Assembly: GCA_963783375.1 (NCBI GenBank)
Contig: CAWANH010000028.1
Span: 448,001-512,000, forward strand
Source of the DNA: Candidatus Eiseniibacteriota bacterium
Lineage (GTDB): Bacteria; Eisenbacteria; RBG-16-71-46; JABDJR01
DNA: 64,000 nucleotides
Direction: 5' to 3'
Numbering within the stretch: the first letter of the stretch is position 1; each line of letters begins with the position of its first letter. Made by a program: the position numbers and the translations under genes. Positions 51,312 to 61,553 of this stretch are shown piece after piece. Below the pieces are notes generated by a model. The model was not told the origin of the DNA, made no database searches, and saw only the letters and a program-made list of their open reading frames with translations.

Positions 51312-51749
51312 GTGGCCACGCTGATCCACATATCCGAGGCGACCGCGCTCGGGCTGCACGCCATGGGGCGCCTGGCCACCGGCCGGGGGGAGATGATGAG
51401 CGCCCGTTCCCTGGCCGAGGCCTGCGGCGCCTCCGACGCCCACATGATCAAGGTCTGCCAGCGGCTCAGCCGATCGGGGCTCCTCACCGCCCGGCGCGGC
51501 CTGGGGGGCGGCTTCCGGCTGGCCAAGAGCCCGTCCCGGATCCGTCTCCTCGACGTCTACGCCGCCATCGAAGGCACCGTCGAGTTCCGTCCCTGCATCC
51601 TCCGGAACCACGACTGCCGCTCCGCCTCCGGGCACGAGTGCGTGTTCGCGGAGGGCCTTCACCGGGTCGAACGGGAGTTTCTTCGGTATCTGAAGAGCAC
51701 CACCCTGGCCGACGTCGCCGAGCGATGCAGGGGGAGGGCCGTGGCATGA
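51312..51749 (+). CDS. Rrf2-family regulator with three potential Fe-S Cys ligands
   Basis: RG..GGFRLA, I.LLDVY.AIEG, CIL...C......C. Confidence 0.9.
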   Translation: MATLIHISEATALGLHAMGRLATGRGEMMSARSLAEACGASDAHMIKVCQRLSRSGLLTARRGLGGGFRLAKSPSRIRLLDVYAAIEGTVEFRPCILRNHDCRSASGHECVFAEGLHRVEREFLRYLKSTTLADVAERCRGRAVA

Positions 51750-53194
51750 GCCGCTTCCTTCTCTCACGGCGCCAGTGGTTCCCGGTGATCCTGACCCTGG
51801 CCATCGGCCTGGCCGCGGTGGCCTGGAGCGTGGGAACCACCCGCATTCCGGGATGGAAAGGCGGGCGCGCCCCGAGCGAGAACAATTACCGGCCCGCGCA
51901 CCGGAGCCGCCTCGATCACGCGGCCTACTTCACCGAGCCCTTCGCCACCCCCCAGGACGTGACCCGGGCCTGCCTCGCCTGCCACCCCGACGCCGCAGCC
52001 GAGGTCATGAAGACCGCGCACTGGGAGTGGCTGGGACCCGAGACGGCGGTGCCGGGGCACGACGGCCTCCACCGGATCGGAAAGAAGAACCTCCTCAACA
52101 ACTTCTGCATCAGCACCATCGGGAACCAGGTCTCCTGCACCAAGTGTCACGCGGGGTACGGGTGGCGCGACTCCACCTTCGACTTCACCCGCTCCGAGAA
52201 CGTGGACTGCCTGGTCTGCCACGAGCAAACCGGGGCCTACATCAAGGGAAAGGCGGGGCTCCCCACCCCGGATAGCGATCTCCTCGCCGCCGCCCGGTCG
52301 GTGGGAGTGCCCAAGCGAGACAACTGCGGGGTCTGCCACAACTACGGCGGAGGCGGGCAGGGGGTGAAGCACGGGGATCTCGACTCGAGCCTGGATAATC
52401 CGTCCCCCGAGGACGACGTTCACATGGGGCGGGCCGGCCTCCTCTGCATCGACTGCCACCGGACGGTCGGGCACCGGATCCCCGGTCGCGCGTTTTCGGT
52501 GAGCGTGGAGGGATCGAACGGCGTGGCCTGCACCGACTGCCACCCGGCGGCCCCCCACTCCGACGAGCGGTTGAACGCCCACGTGAAGTCGGTGGCCTGC
52601 CAGACCTGCCACATCCCCACCTACGCGCGGAAGCTCCCCACCAAGACCTTCTGGGACTGGAGCCGGGCCGGGGACACCACCCGGGTCGAGGACCCGCACC
52701 GCTACCTGAAGATCAAGGGCGAGTTCGTCTACGACCGGGACGTGACGCCGGAGTACCGGTGGTTCGACCGGAGCGTGGACCGCTACCTTCTCGGCGACCG
52801 GATCGACTCCACCCGGGTGACCGACCTGAACCTCCCCCGGGGCGGCATCGGCGAGGCGGAAGCCAAGGTCTGGCCGTTCAAGGTGCATCGCGCCCTGCAG
52901 CCCTTCGACCGGGTGAACTTGACCCTGCTCCCGCCCCTGACCGGCGGCGACGGCGGGTTCTGGACCACTTTCGACTGGCCGAGCGCGCTTCGCCTCGGCG
53001 CGGACGCCGCCGCCATGCCCTACAGCGGAAGCTACGGGTTCGCCCGCACCGCCATGTACTGGCCGCTGTCGCACACGGTGACCCCCAGGGAACGGGCGCT
53101 CACCTGCCACGACTGCCATGGGGAAGGGGGGCGGATGGACTGGGCGGCCCTGGGCTACGACGAGGATCCTATGTTCGGGGGAGGCCGGCGATGA
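51746..53194 (+). CDS. otr: Octaheme tetrathionate reductase-family cytochrome c
   Basis: Eight CxxCH motifs plus HW.W, GKKN..NNFC, VKHGD, DVHM, WDWS.AG. Confidence 0.9.
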   Translation: MSRFLLSRRQWFPVILTLAIGLAAVAWSVGTTRIPGWKGGRAPSENNYRPAHRSRLDHAAYFTEPFATPQDVTRACLACHPDAAAEVMKTAHWEWLGPETAVPGHDGLHRIGKKNLLNNFCISTIGNQVSCTKCHAGYGWRDSTFDFTRSENVDCLVCHEQTGAYIKGKAGLPTPDSDLLAAARSVGVPKRDNCGVCHNYGGGGQGVKHGDLDSSLDNPSPEDDVHMGRAGLLCIDCHRTVGHRIPGRAFSVSVEGSNGVACTDCHPAAPHSDERLNAHVKSVACQTCHIPTYARKLPTKTFWDWSRAGDTTRVEDPHRYLKIKGEFVYDRDVTPEYRWFDRSVDRYLLGDRIDSTRVTDLNLPRGGIGEAEAKVWPFKVHRALQPFDRVNLTLLPPLTGGDGGFWTTFDWPSALRLGADAAAMPYSGSYGFARTAMYWPLSHTVTPRERALTCHDCHGEGGRMDWAALGYDEDPMFGGGRR

Positions 53195-55452
53195 AACGGA
53201 ACGCCGTCGTCGTCGTTCGGAGAACCGCGATCGCCGCGCTCCTGCTGGGGATGAGCTTCATTCCGACCGCCGGGCCCCGCGCCGAAACGGCCCCCGGCAA
53301 CCGGCCGGCGGCGCCTCGGGGGCCGGTCCCCAACGCCATGCACCCCCTCTTCGCGCCCCTCGATTCCACCGGCGCGCCCGTCGCCCGATCCGGGCTCCCC
53401 GCATCCTCCTCCCGCACCTGCGGGGCCTGTCACGACGTCGAGGCCATCCGCGCCCACGACGATCACTGGACCGCCTCGGTGCGGGTGGATTGCGTCGCCT
53501 GCCACTTCGAGGGGGGCCGGCTCCCCGCCGATCCGGCGGCCTACGACGCGGGCGGGCGGCTCCGGAGGGAGGCCATGTTCCTCTCCGGACCCCGCGACGC
53601 CCAGTGCGGGGCCTGCCACGGCATCGCCCACGCGGGGCGAACGCCGCTGGAGATCCCCGCCGACTTCGGCCTCGCGCCGGATCCGCCGCGGACCTACGCC
53701 CTCACCCTGCACACCGGGGAGATCCTCTCCGGCCAGGACCTCTCCGAGTCCTTCCTCAACCTCCCCGGGAAGGAGGCCCGCGCGTATCCCTGGGACGTCC
53801 ACCTCCGCCGGCTGGTGACCTGTGTGGACTGCCACTATGCCGCCAACAATCCCCTGAAGAACGGCCGGCAGCGGGTCCGCCCCTCGTTCCTCGCCCAGGA
53901 CCCGCGGCGGATCGAGTTCGCCGAGTACCTGAAGCGGCCCGACCACCGCCTGGCCGCCGCCGAGTGCCGCTCGTGCCACGACCCGCTCGCCGCCCACGAT
54001 TTCCTTCCCTACAAGGAGCGCCATCTGGACGCCCTGGAGTGCGGCGCGTGCCACGTCCCCGGGTTGTTCGGGCCGGCGGCCCGGCTGGTGGACAGCACGG
54101 TGGTCACCCTTCAGGGCGCGCCCGCGCTCGTCCTCCGAGGCTTCGACGCGGACCCCGGCCGCACCCTCAACACCGCCTACGACGCCGGGTACGTTCCCCT
54201 GCTTCGCCCGGTGGCTGGAGCGGATGGGAGGACCCGCCTCGCCCCGGTGAACGCGGTGGCCACCTATGCCTGGACCGACGCGGCCACCGGAGCACCCGTC
54301 CCCTGGGACCGCGTGACCGCCGCCTTCCTCGTCGACGGACGCTACGCCCCCCCGATCCAGGCCGTCCTGGACGCCGACGGCGACGGCGCCGTCTCCGCGG
54401 CCGAGCTGCGGCTGGACACCCCGGCCAAGCTGGAGGCGGTCCGCGCCCGGCTCCGGGCGGTGGGGGTGGCGGACCCGAGGCCGGCCGCGGCGGTCGGCAC
54501 CTACCCGGTGCGGCACGGGGTCCAGGCCGGGGCGCAGGTCATGCGCGACTGCAACTCGTGCCACACCCGGGGGGGCCGGCTGGCCAGCGGGCTCGCGCTC
54601 GGCCCCTACGCCCCGGCAGGGCTCATCGTGGAAACCGAGGCCGTGCCTCCCGATTTTCCGGGCCGGGACGTGTTCGGCCATGCCCGCGGAGGGTGGGCGG
54701 ACCGGATGGGCTTCCTCCTCTTCCTCCTGGTGGTGGCCGGGGTGGGCGTCCACACCGGCGTCCGCTTCCTGACGCGTTCCACGCGGCCCCGGCCCGCCGA
54801 GGAACTGGAGCGGGTCTACCTCTACACCACCTACGAGCGCTTCTGGCACTGGCTCATGGCGGGGAGCGTGCTGGTCCTGGCCCTGACCGGCCTCCAGGTC
54901 CACTTCGCCGGGGTCCGGGGAGCGCTTCCCCTGCCCCAGGCGGTAGTGCTCCACAACGCCTTCGCCCTCATCCTCACCGCCAACGCGTTTCTCGCGCTCT
55001 TCTACCACGTGACCACCCGGGCCATCCAACGCTTCTTCCCGCCGCGCGAGGGAATCCGGGCCCGCGTCCTGGAGCAGGCCCGCTTCTACACCTCGGGGAT
55101 CTTCCTGGGGCGGCCGCATCCCTCGCCCAAGACCCCGGAACGCCGCCTGAACCCGCTTCAGCAGGTGACCTATCTCCTGCTCCTGAACGTCCTGTTCCCG
55201 CTCCAGGTGGTGACCGGGGCGTTCATCTGGGGAGTGTCCCGCCGCCCCGACCTGGCCGACCGCGTGGGAGGGCTGACCCTCATGGCCCCGCTCCACAGTC
55301 TGGGGGCGTGGCTCTTCCTGGCCTTCATGGTCCTCCACCTCTACCTCACCACCACCGGTCATACCGTGACCTCGAACCTCAAGGCGATGGTCGACGGCTA
55401 CGACGAGGTCGAGCCCGATCTTCTCTCCCACAAGGAGGGTTCGCGTGCCTGA
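53191..55452 (+). CDS. Seven-heme cytochrome c fused to a cytochrome b (PhsC/FdnI-like) membrane domain
   Basis: Seven CxxCH motifs, an EF-hand-like DADGDGAVSAAE, ERFWHW, NPLQQ.TY, HLYL.TTG. Confidence 0.88.
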   Translation: MKRNAVVVVRRTAIAALLLGMSFIPTAGPRAETAPGNRPAAPRGPVPNAMHPLFAPLDSTGAPVARSGLPASSSRTCGACHDVEAIRAHDDHWTASVRVDCVACHFEGGRLPADPAAYDAGGRLRREAMFLSGPRDAQCGACHGIAHAGRTPLEIPADFGLAPDPPRTYALTLHTGEILSGQDLSESFLNLPGKEARAYPWDVHLRRLVTCVDCHYAANNPLKNGRQRVRPSFLAQDPRRIEFAEYLKRPDHRLAAAECRSCHDPLAAHDFLPYKERHLDALECGACHVPGLFGPAARLVDSTVVTLQGAPALVLRGFDADPGRTLNTAYDAGYVPLLRPVAGADGRTRLAPVNAVATYAWTDAATGAPVPWDRVTAAFLVDGRYAPPIQAVLDADGDGAVSAAELRLDTPAKLEAVRARLRAVGVADPRPAAAVGTYPVRHGVQAGAQVMRDCNSCHTRGGRLASGLALGPYAPAGLIVETEAVPPDFPGRDVFGHARGGWADRMGFLLFLLVVAGVGVHTGVRFLTRSTRPRPAEELERVYLYTTYERFWHWLMAGSVLVLALTGLQVHFAGVRGALPLPQAVVLHNAFALILTANAFLALFYHVTTRAIQRFFPPREGIRARVLEQARFYTSGIFLGRPHPSPKTPERRLNPLQQVTYLLLLNVLFPLQVVTGAFIWGVSRRPDLADRVGGLTLMAPLHSLGAWLFLAFMVLHLYLTTTGHTVTSNLKAMVDGYDEVEPDLLSHKEGSRA

Positions 55453-55972
55453 TCGCTCGAAGCCGCCCCGCGGCTACATCAACCCCTACCTCGGCGGCGC
55501 GCTCCTGGGCGTGGTGCTCTTCCTGACCTTCTACGTGACCGGGAACGGCCTCGGCGCCTCGGGCGCGATCACCCACGTCCAGGTCGCGCTCCTGAAGCTC
55601 GTCGCCCCGGCCCACGTGGACCGGACCGCCTACATGTCGGAGATCGGGGGCGGAACCCGCCGGGCGCTGGCCCACCCGGGGGTCTACATGCTGCTGGGCA
55701 TCGTGTTGGGGGGGATGCTCTCGGGGATCGTGAACCGGCGCTTCCGGATCGAAACCCGCCGGGGCCCGAGGATCTCGATCCCTACCCGACTCTTCTTCGC
55801 CTTCCTCGGCGGCCTCATCATGGCCTACGGCGCGCGGATGGCCCGGGGCTGCACCTCAGGCCAGGCCCTGAGCGGCGGCGCCGTGCTCTCGGTGGGAAGC
55901 TTTCTCTTCATGTTCGCGATCTTCGCCTCGGCTTACGCACTCGCCCGGTCGCTCCGGCGGCTCTGGAACTGA
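55445..55972 (+). CDS. YeeE/YedE sulfur-compound transporter half
   Basis: NPY.GG, GLGASG, GARMARGCTSG. Confidence 0.88.
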   Translation: MPDRSKPPRGYINPYLGGALLGVVLFLTFYVTGNGLGASGAITHVQVALLKLVAPAHVDRTAYMSEIGGGTRRALAHPGVYMLLGIVLGGMLSGIVNRRFRIETRRGPRISIPTRLFFAFLGGLIMAYGARMARGCTSGQALSGGAVLSVGSFLFMFAIFASAYALARSLRRLWN

Positions 55973-55981
55973 GGAGGAACC

Positions 55982-57307
55982 ATGGCACCGCTACACCCCG
56001 CCGCCCTCGGGTTCCTGGTCGAGTTCCTGGTGTTCCTCCTGATCGGGATGGCCTTCGGGGCCGTCCTGGAACTCTCCGGCTTCGGCGACTCCCGAAAGCT
56101 CGCGGCCCAGTTCTACCTCCGCGATCTCGCGGTCCTGAAGGTGATGTTCACCGGGATCATCGTGGCCGCGGTGCTCATTCACCTCGCCGCATCGTTGCAG
56201 GTTCTCGATCTCCGGCGGGTGTGGGTGAACCCGACCTATCTCTGGCCGGGAATCATGGGCGGGCTCATCATGGGGGTGGGCTTCATCGTCGGAGGGTTCT
56301 GCCCCGGGACCTCGCTGGTGGCCGCCTCCACCCTGAAGCTCGACGGCATCGCCTTCGTCCTGGGCGGCCTGGGCGGGGTGTTCCTGTTCGGGGAAACCGT
56401 GGGGCGCTTCGACGGGTGGTGGAATTCCAGCTACTTCGGGCGCTTCACCCTGGCCGATTGGCTGGGGGTGCCGGCCGGAGTGGCGGTGGTCCTCCTCGTC
56501 CTGATGGCCCTCGGGATGTTCGTTCTGGGCGAGGCGGCGGAGCGACGGTTCGGCGGCGCGGCGGAGGGGGCCGCCTCCGGACCGGCGGGGCGGGGCGGCT
56601 GGATCCGCCGGCCGGCTCGGGTTTCCGCCGGCGTGCTCCTCGTTCTCGCCGTGGCGGGGGCGATCCTGGGCCAGCCGGACGCCCGGGCCCGGTGGCGCTG
56701 GATGGCCCGGTCCGGCAACATCGCGCTCACGAGCCGGGCGGTCTACGTGGACCCCGCCGAGGTCGTGGACCTCCGAGGCGATCTCTCGGTCGCGGTTCAG
56801 GTGCTCGAGGTGCGGCCGGAGGCGGACTACAACCTCTTCCACCTCGAGGGCTCCCGCCGGATCGACCTCGCGACGGTGGAGGATCCCGCTTTCCTGCGCG
56901 ATCTCCTGGGGGCGCCCGACAATCGCGTGCTCTTCCTGGCCGGTAACGGCGAGGGCGCGGCGGTCGAGGCATGGAGGCGCCTCAAGGCCGAGGGGGTGAC
57001 CAACCTCTACGTGATCGCGAGGGGGGTGAACGGCTGGCTCGACGCCTACCCGCCCGATCCCCGGGTGGCCGAGCCGATCGCGGACCGGGACGGGCTCCCG
57101 GAGAACGCCCTGGCCTGGCGTTTCCACGCCAGCGTGGGCGCCCAGTGCGCCTCGGCCCACCCGGAAATCCTCCGGCGCGACGTCCTGCCCGGGGGCGCGA
57201 CCGCCGAGGCGCCGGCGTGGATGGACGAACACGGCCCCGTCGAGCGGCCCTACGTGAAGAAGGTCGTCCTCGAGCGGAAGGTGGTGGTCCGGGGCGGGTG
57301 CGGTTAG
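55982..57307 (+). CDS. YeeE/YedE half fused to a rhodanese-like domain, ending GGCG
   Basis: FG..LE..GF, D..V.KVMF, GGFCPGT, EVR...YN.FH..G, GVNGW, terminal KVVVRGGCG. Confidence 0.88.
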   Translation: MAPLHPAALGFLVEFLVFLLIGMAFGAVLELSGFGDSRKLAAQFYLRDLAVLKVMFTGIIVAAVLIHLAASLQVLDLRRVWVNPTYLWPGIMGGLIMGVGFIVGGFCPGTSLVAASTLKLDGIAFVLGGLGGVFLFGETVGRFDGWWNSSYFGRFTLADWLGVPAGVAVVLLVLMALGMFVLGEAAERRFGGAAEGAASGPAGRGGWIRRPARVSAGVLLVLAVAGAILGQPDARARWRWMARSGNIALTSRAVYVDPAEVVDLRGDLSVAVQVLEVRPEADYNLFHLEGSRRIDLATVEDPAFLRDLLGAPDNRVLFLAGNGEGAAVEAWRRLKAEGVTNLYVIARGVNGWLDAYPPDPRVAEPIADRDGLPENALAWRFHASVGAQCASAHPEILRRDVLPGGATAEAPAWMDEHGPVERPYVKKVVLERKVVVRGGCG

Positions 57308-57318
57308 CCGAAGCGCCC

Positions 57319-59460
57319 TCACGAGGGACGGGCGGGCGGCTCCGGGCCCCCGTCCGGCTCCCCGCCGGGTTCCCTACCGATCCCGCCCTCGTACCCGGCC
57401 GCGTCCCCTTCCCCGGGAGGACCCCGGTCCGGCTCCTCCGGGACCGCATCCGTACCTGACGCGGGCGATTTCCCGGCGGCGCCCGCATCGTCGGCCGGCC
57501 GGCCGGCGTCCGGGCTTTCCGCTTCCGCCGCCGGCTCCGCCGGGGCCTCGATGTCCGGCTTTCCCGCCATCATCTCCGCCAGCACCGGGTCTTCCGGGTG
57601 TTCGTCCCGGTACATGGAAAGCGGCATGGTCCCGGTGTACCAGGAGGGATTGTTGGGGTAGACCGGTGGATTGAAGATGGTGGAGTAGAGGTGCCAGACG
57701 AGGATGGCCAACCCGGCCAGGATGGCCTCGTAGTAGTGGACGACCAGCATCACCCCCAGCGCCTGAACCTCGAACGCCTTCTCGGTGACGTTCCCGAACC
57801 AGAGCCCGAGACCGGTCACCGTCATCACCACCGTCCCCCAGACCAGGGCCCAGTACTCGGCCTTCTCGATGTAGCTGAACCGGCCGAACCGCGGTCCCTC
57901 CGGACGCCGCCCCAGGTTGTGGGAGATCATCTGACCGAACTGCCGGAAGTCGCGAATCGAGGGGAAGACCTCGCGGAGGAACTCCCGCCCGCGCCGGCGG
58001 CCGAGATAGACGAGGTGCCAGATCGCGGTCCCCATGAACACCACCGCCGCCACCCGGTGAACGGTATGACGAAGGACGAAGCCTCCGTGCCAGCCGAAGA
58101 GCATGCGTGCCCACCAGGCGCCGGAGTACTGGAAGGCGAAGCCGGTGATCGCGAGCACGGTGAACGAGACCATCAGGAACGTGTGCTGCCAGAGCTCATC
58201 CCGCTCCATGCGGCGGACCTGGGGCCCATGGTTCATCACCCGGATCCGCTTCTGGAGATCGATGAGCCAGTGGACGATCATGAGGCCGATGATGACGACG
58301 ATGGCCACGACGTAGATTCGCCGGAGGAGCCGCCCCAGGCCGTTCAGGGCGACCCCCGTACCGGCATGGATGGGGACGCGGACCACCGCCTCGGAGATCC
58401 CGCGGTGGCACCGGCCGCAGGTCGCCTTCAGGTTGGCCGGGTTGACCGAGGATTCGGGGTCCGAAGCCGGCAGCACCAGATGGGCCCGGTGGCAGGAAGA
58501 GCAGTTGGCCACCTCCGCGTCGCCGTCGGTGCTCTTCAGCCCGTGGTAGCTGTGCTGCCAGGATTCCATGATCCCCCGGGCCATGCCGTACTTCTGGTTG
58601 ATGAGCTCCGAGCCGTGGCAGGGCGCGCAGGTGGTCATGGACACGTTGGTGGGGTAGACCGGGGAGAGCCGGTCGCCCGCCGGGAGGATCGCGTGCTCGC
58701 CGTGGCAGGTGGTGCAGACCGGGGCGTCGGCCTCGCCGTGGGCGGCCAGCCGGCCGTGGCTGCTCTTGTCGTACCGCGCCGAGATGTCGCCGTGGCACTT
58801 GCCGCAGGTGGCGGGAATGTTGAAGTGGAAGATGGTCGATTGCGGGTCGATGGGGGGTAGGATCCGGTGGCCGGTGCCGGTGGCCGAGTGGCAGTCCACG
58901 CAGGTGGCGGCGGGGCGCGTCCCCCCGGCGGGGACGCGGGCGTGGACGCTCCTCTCGAAGACCTGTACCGGGGTGATCATCGGGATGTGATGGGCGGCGA
59001 CGATGGAGGGGTCTTCGTGGCAACCTCCGCAGGTCCGGGCGAGGTTTGCCGGGGCCACCCGCGAACCGGAGTCGGACGCGGGCAGGATGTCGTGGGTCCC
59101 GTGGCAGTCCCAGCAGGCGGGGAAATAGGCTCCGGGCTTCTCCTTCGCCCCGCCGTGCTCCCGATAGGCGGCGGCCGCGTCGTCGTGGCACCCCGTACAG
59201 TCCACCGGAGGCAGATGCGGAGCATGGGGGATCGCGGTGATCCCGGCGTGACAGTCCCCGCAGTCGAGGGGTGCGTGCACGGAGTTCGCGAACGCCGAGG
59301 CCTCGGCGCCGTGACACCGGGCACAGTCGGAGGGCGTCTGGGCGGATGGGACCGCCGGTAGCCAGACCCCGACCGAGACGAGGAGAGCGAGGCGCGCCAG
59401 CTCTCGACACCGCGTCAACCGACCGGCGACCGAACGAATACCGTGGGAGCGGCCGTCCAT
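57319..59460 (-). CDS. Eleven-heme cytochrome c plus cytochrome b (CbcL-like)
   Basis: Eleven CxxCH motifs, then QH..LM.SF, H..HR, F.Y.EK.EYWA..WG, H.YEA.LA, WH.Y, EHP. Confidence 0.88.
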   Translation of the reverse strand: MDGRSHGIRSVAGRLTRCRELARLALLVSVGVWLPAVPSAQTPSDCARCHGAEASAFANSVHAPLDCGDCHAGITAIPHAPHLPPVDCTGCHDDAAAAYREHGGAKEKPGAYFPACWDCHGTHDILPASDSGSRVAPANLARTCGGCHEDPSIVAAHHIPMITPVQVFERSVHARVPAGGTRPAATCVDCHSATGTGHRILPPIDPQSTIFHFNIPATCGKCHGDISARYDKSSHGRLAAHGEADAPVCTTCHGEHAILPAGDRLSPVYPTNVSMTTCAPCHGSELINQKYGMARGIMESWQHSYHGLKSTDGDAEVANCSSCHRAHLVLPASDPESSVNPANLKATCGRCHRGISEAVVRVPIHAGTGVALNGLGRLLRRIYVVAIVVIIGLMIVHWLIDLQKRIRVMNHGPQVRRMERDELWQHTFLMVSFTVLAITGFAFQYSGAWWARMLFGWHGGFVLRHTVHRVAAVVFMGTAIWHLVYLGRRRGREFLREVFPSIRDFRQFGQMISHNLGRRPEGPRFGRFSYIEKAEYWALVWGTVVMTVTGLGLWFGNVTEKAFEVQALGVMLVVHYYEAILAGLAILVWHLYSTIFNPPVYPNNPSWYTGTMPLSMYRDEHPEDPVLAEMMAGKPDIEAPAEPAAEAESPDAGRPADDAGAAGKSPASGTDAVPEEPDRGPPGEGDAAGYEGGIGREPGGEPDGGPEPPARPS

Positions 59461-59519
59461 GGAGATCTCCTCCCCCGGGGAACCGCGATCGAGCGGCTTT
59501 CCCGACCCCGTCCCCCCCT

Positions 59520-61199
59520 TCAACAGTAGCCCCCCCGGGCCGGTTCGACACCCCGGGAGATCAAGTCGGGCCGGGGAGCGGCGTCCGGCATGACGAACCG
59601 GGGAGTGCGGCGGCGGGGAAGGGAGGCGGGCCGGGTTACGCCCGAAGTCGCGGCGTCGGCCAGGAGGGCGTCCACCAGGACCGGATCGAACTTCGCCCCC
59701 GCGTCGGCGCGGAGGAGGCGAAGGGCCTCGGCGTGCCCTCGGGCCGGACGGTAGGCGCGGGGGCTGGTGAGGGCTTCCAGGGAATCGGCCACGGCCAGGA
59801 TGCGGGCATCGAGGGGAATCGCCTCTCCGGCCAGGCCTCCCGGGTACCCCGTCCCATCCCATCGCTCGTGATGGTGCAGGACGGCGTCCAGGATCGGCTC
59901 GGGCCAGGCGGCTTCGGAGAGGATGCGCGCGCCCTCCTCGGGATGGAGACGAATGAGCCGCCAGTCCTCCCCGGTGAGCGGCGCCTCCTTGGACCACAGA
60001 GCCACGTCGACCTCGAAGCGCCCGACGTCGTGGAGGAGTCCGGCCACGGTGAGCCGGGAGAGCTCGGCGGGACCGAGACCCAGCCTCTGCCCCAGGTCCT
60101 CGGCCAACCGGGAGACCCGGAGACTGTGACCCCGGAGGTAGGGGTCCCGCGCCTCGAGATGGGTCACCAGGAGCCCCAGGGTGTGGGCGGAGACGTGGCG
60201 CTCGCGCTCCCAGTGGTCCTGGGCGGCGAGAAGCGGAACGAGCGCCGAGGCAAGGAACTGCCCAAGCCGGAGCACCTCCTCACCCGGCGCTCCCCCGCCC
60301 TGGGCTTCGCCCAGTACCACCACCCCCAGGAGACGACCCTTGAGGAGGAGCGGGATCAACGCGGTGAACCCGCCCGCGGCCAGGATCCCGACCTCGATTC
60401 GGAGCCCCGGCATGCGGGCCACGCGTTCCACCACGATCGGGGCGCCGGTCCCTTCCAGCAGAGCGGTGAGCTCTCCGGAAGTCTGTATGCGGACGCGGTC
60501 CGCCAATCGCTCCGGGAGCCCCCAGGACGCCTGCGCGGTCAGCCACGAGGAGTCGTCGTGGGTCGGCGCGAGGAGCGCCGTCCGCTCGACCGAGAGCTGG
60601 GCCGCCAGATGCCGCAGGAACGCCTCGCGGAGCGCGGGGCCGTCCCCTACCGGGTCCAGCCGCTGATGGAATTCCACCGCGCGCTGGAGAAGGGAGACGT
60701 TGCGGTGGAGCTGGCCCCGGAGCGCCAAGGCGTCGCGTTTGAACGCTTCGGCCTGGGATGAGGCGGACCGGGACTCCTCCTGCACGTGGAGCGCGGCCCG
60801 CCGCCGCTCGATCAGCCGTCTCACCCGGATCACCGCTTCCGGTCCGGCGAAGGGACGGACGATGCAATCCTCCGCGCCCAGCACCAGGGCCTTGAGCCGG
60901 AGCTGTTCGTCCGAGGCCTCGGCGGACACGAGCACCGGGACCCCGGGGGCGGCGATGCGCACCCCGTCCAGCAAACGGAATCCGGCCGACCGGAGGAAAG
61001 CGGCGTCCAGGACCAGGGCGGCGGGCTGCCGATAGGAGAGAGCAAGGGTGGTGGCTTCGGGAGAGGGGGCGCGGTGGGGAAGGTACCCGGCGCGGGAAAA
61101 GGCCGAGGCCAGTTCGTCCGACCACTCGCCGTCCGGCACGGCCAGAACGACCCGTGGTGAGTCGGTCGGAACGGTTTCCTTGCGCGTCGGTTGGGACAC
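59520..61199 (-). CDS. REC-GAF-HD-GYP phosphodiesterase
   Basis: RDPY..GHS.RV, LLHDVG, HHERWDGTGYP, ILAVADS. Degenerate receiver at the N-terminus. Confidence 0.88.
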   Translation of the reverse strand: MSQPTRKETVPTDSPRVVLAVPDGEWSDELASAFSRAGYLPHRAPSPEATTLALSYRQPAALVLDAAFLRSAGFRLLDGVRIAAPGVPVLVSAEASDEQLRLKALVLGAEDCIVRPFAGPEAVIRVRRLIERRRAALHVQEESRSASSQAEAFKRDALALRGQLHRNVSLLQRAVEFHQRLDPVGDGPALREAFLRHLAAQLSVERTALLAPTHDDSSWLTAQASWGLPERLADRVRIQTSGELTALLEGTGAPIVVERVARMPGLRIEVGILAAGGFTALIPLLLKGRLLGVVVLGEAQGGGAPGEEVLRLGQFLASALVPLLAAQDHWERERHVSAHTLGLLVTHLEARDPYLRGHSLRVSRLAEDLGQRLGLGPAELSRLTVAGLLHDVGRFEVDVALWSKEAPLTGEDWRLIRLHPEEGARILSEAAWPEPILDAVLHHHERWDGTGYPGGLAGEAIPLDARILAVADSLEALTSPRAYRPARGHAEALRLLRADAGAKFDPVLVDALLADAATSGVTRPASLPRRRTPRFVMPDAAPRPDLISRGVEPARGGYC

Positions 61200-61553
61200 C
61201 CCTAAGCCTCCCGATTCAAGTTCGAACCCCGCGCGGTCCGGCCCGGATTCGGGCCGGACCCCGGCGGCCTCGCGAGGTCCCCCCCTTCGGGGGAACGGTC
61301 ATCTGAACGAAGGGGAGGGAAGGCGAAGGCGCCCGCCGGGCAACCGCATAGTCTCCCACCACCGGCCCCGGTCCCTCCCCTCCGCGCTCCCGGCCCGGCC
61401 GCGCCTGGGAGGCTCGGTTACCGGCCGGGGACGCGGTGACGCCTACGAAAGGCAACCCTCGTGCCACCGCGGAGCTTTCGATCGTGCCCGCGCCCCGATT
61501 TCCGCCTCGAAAACGAACCCCTTGCCCGGTATGGAGTTCGGCGCGGGGAACCC

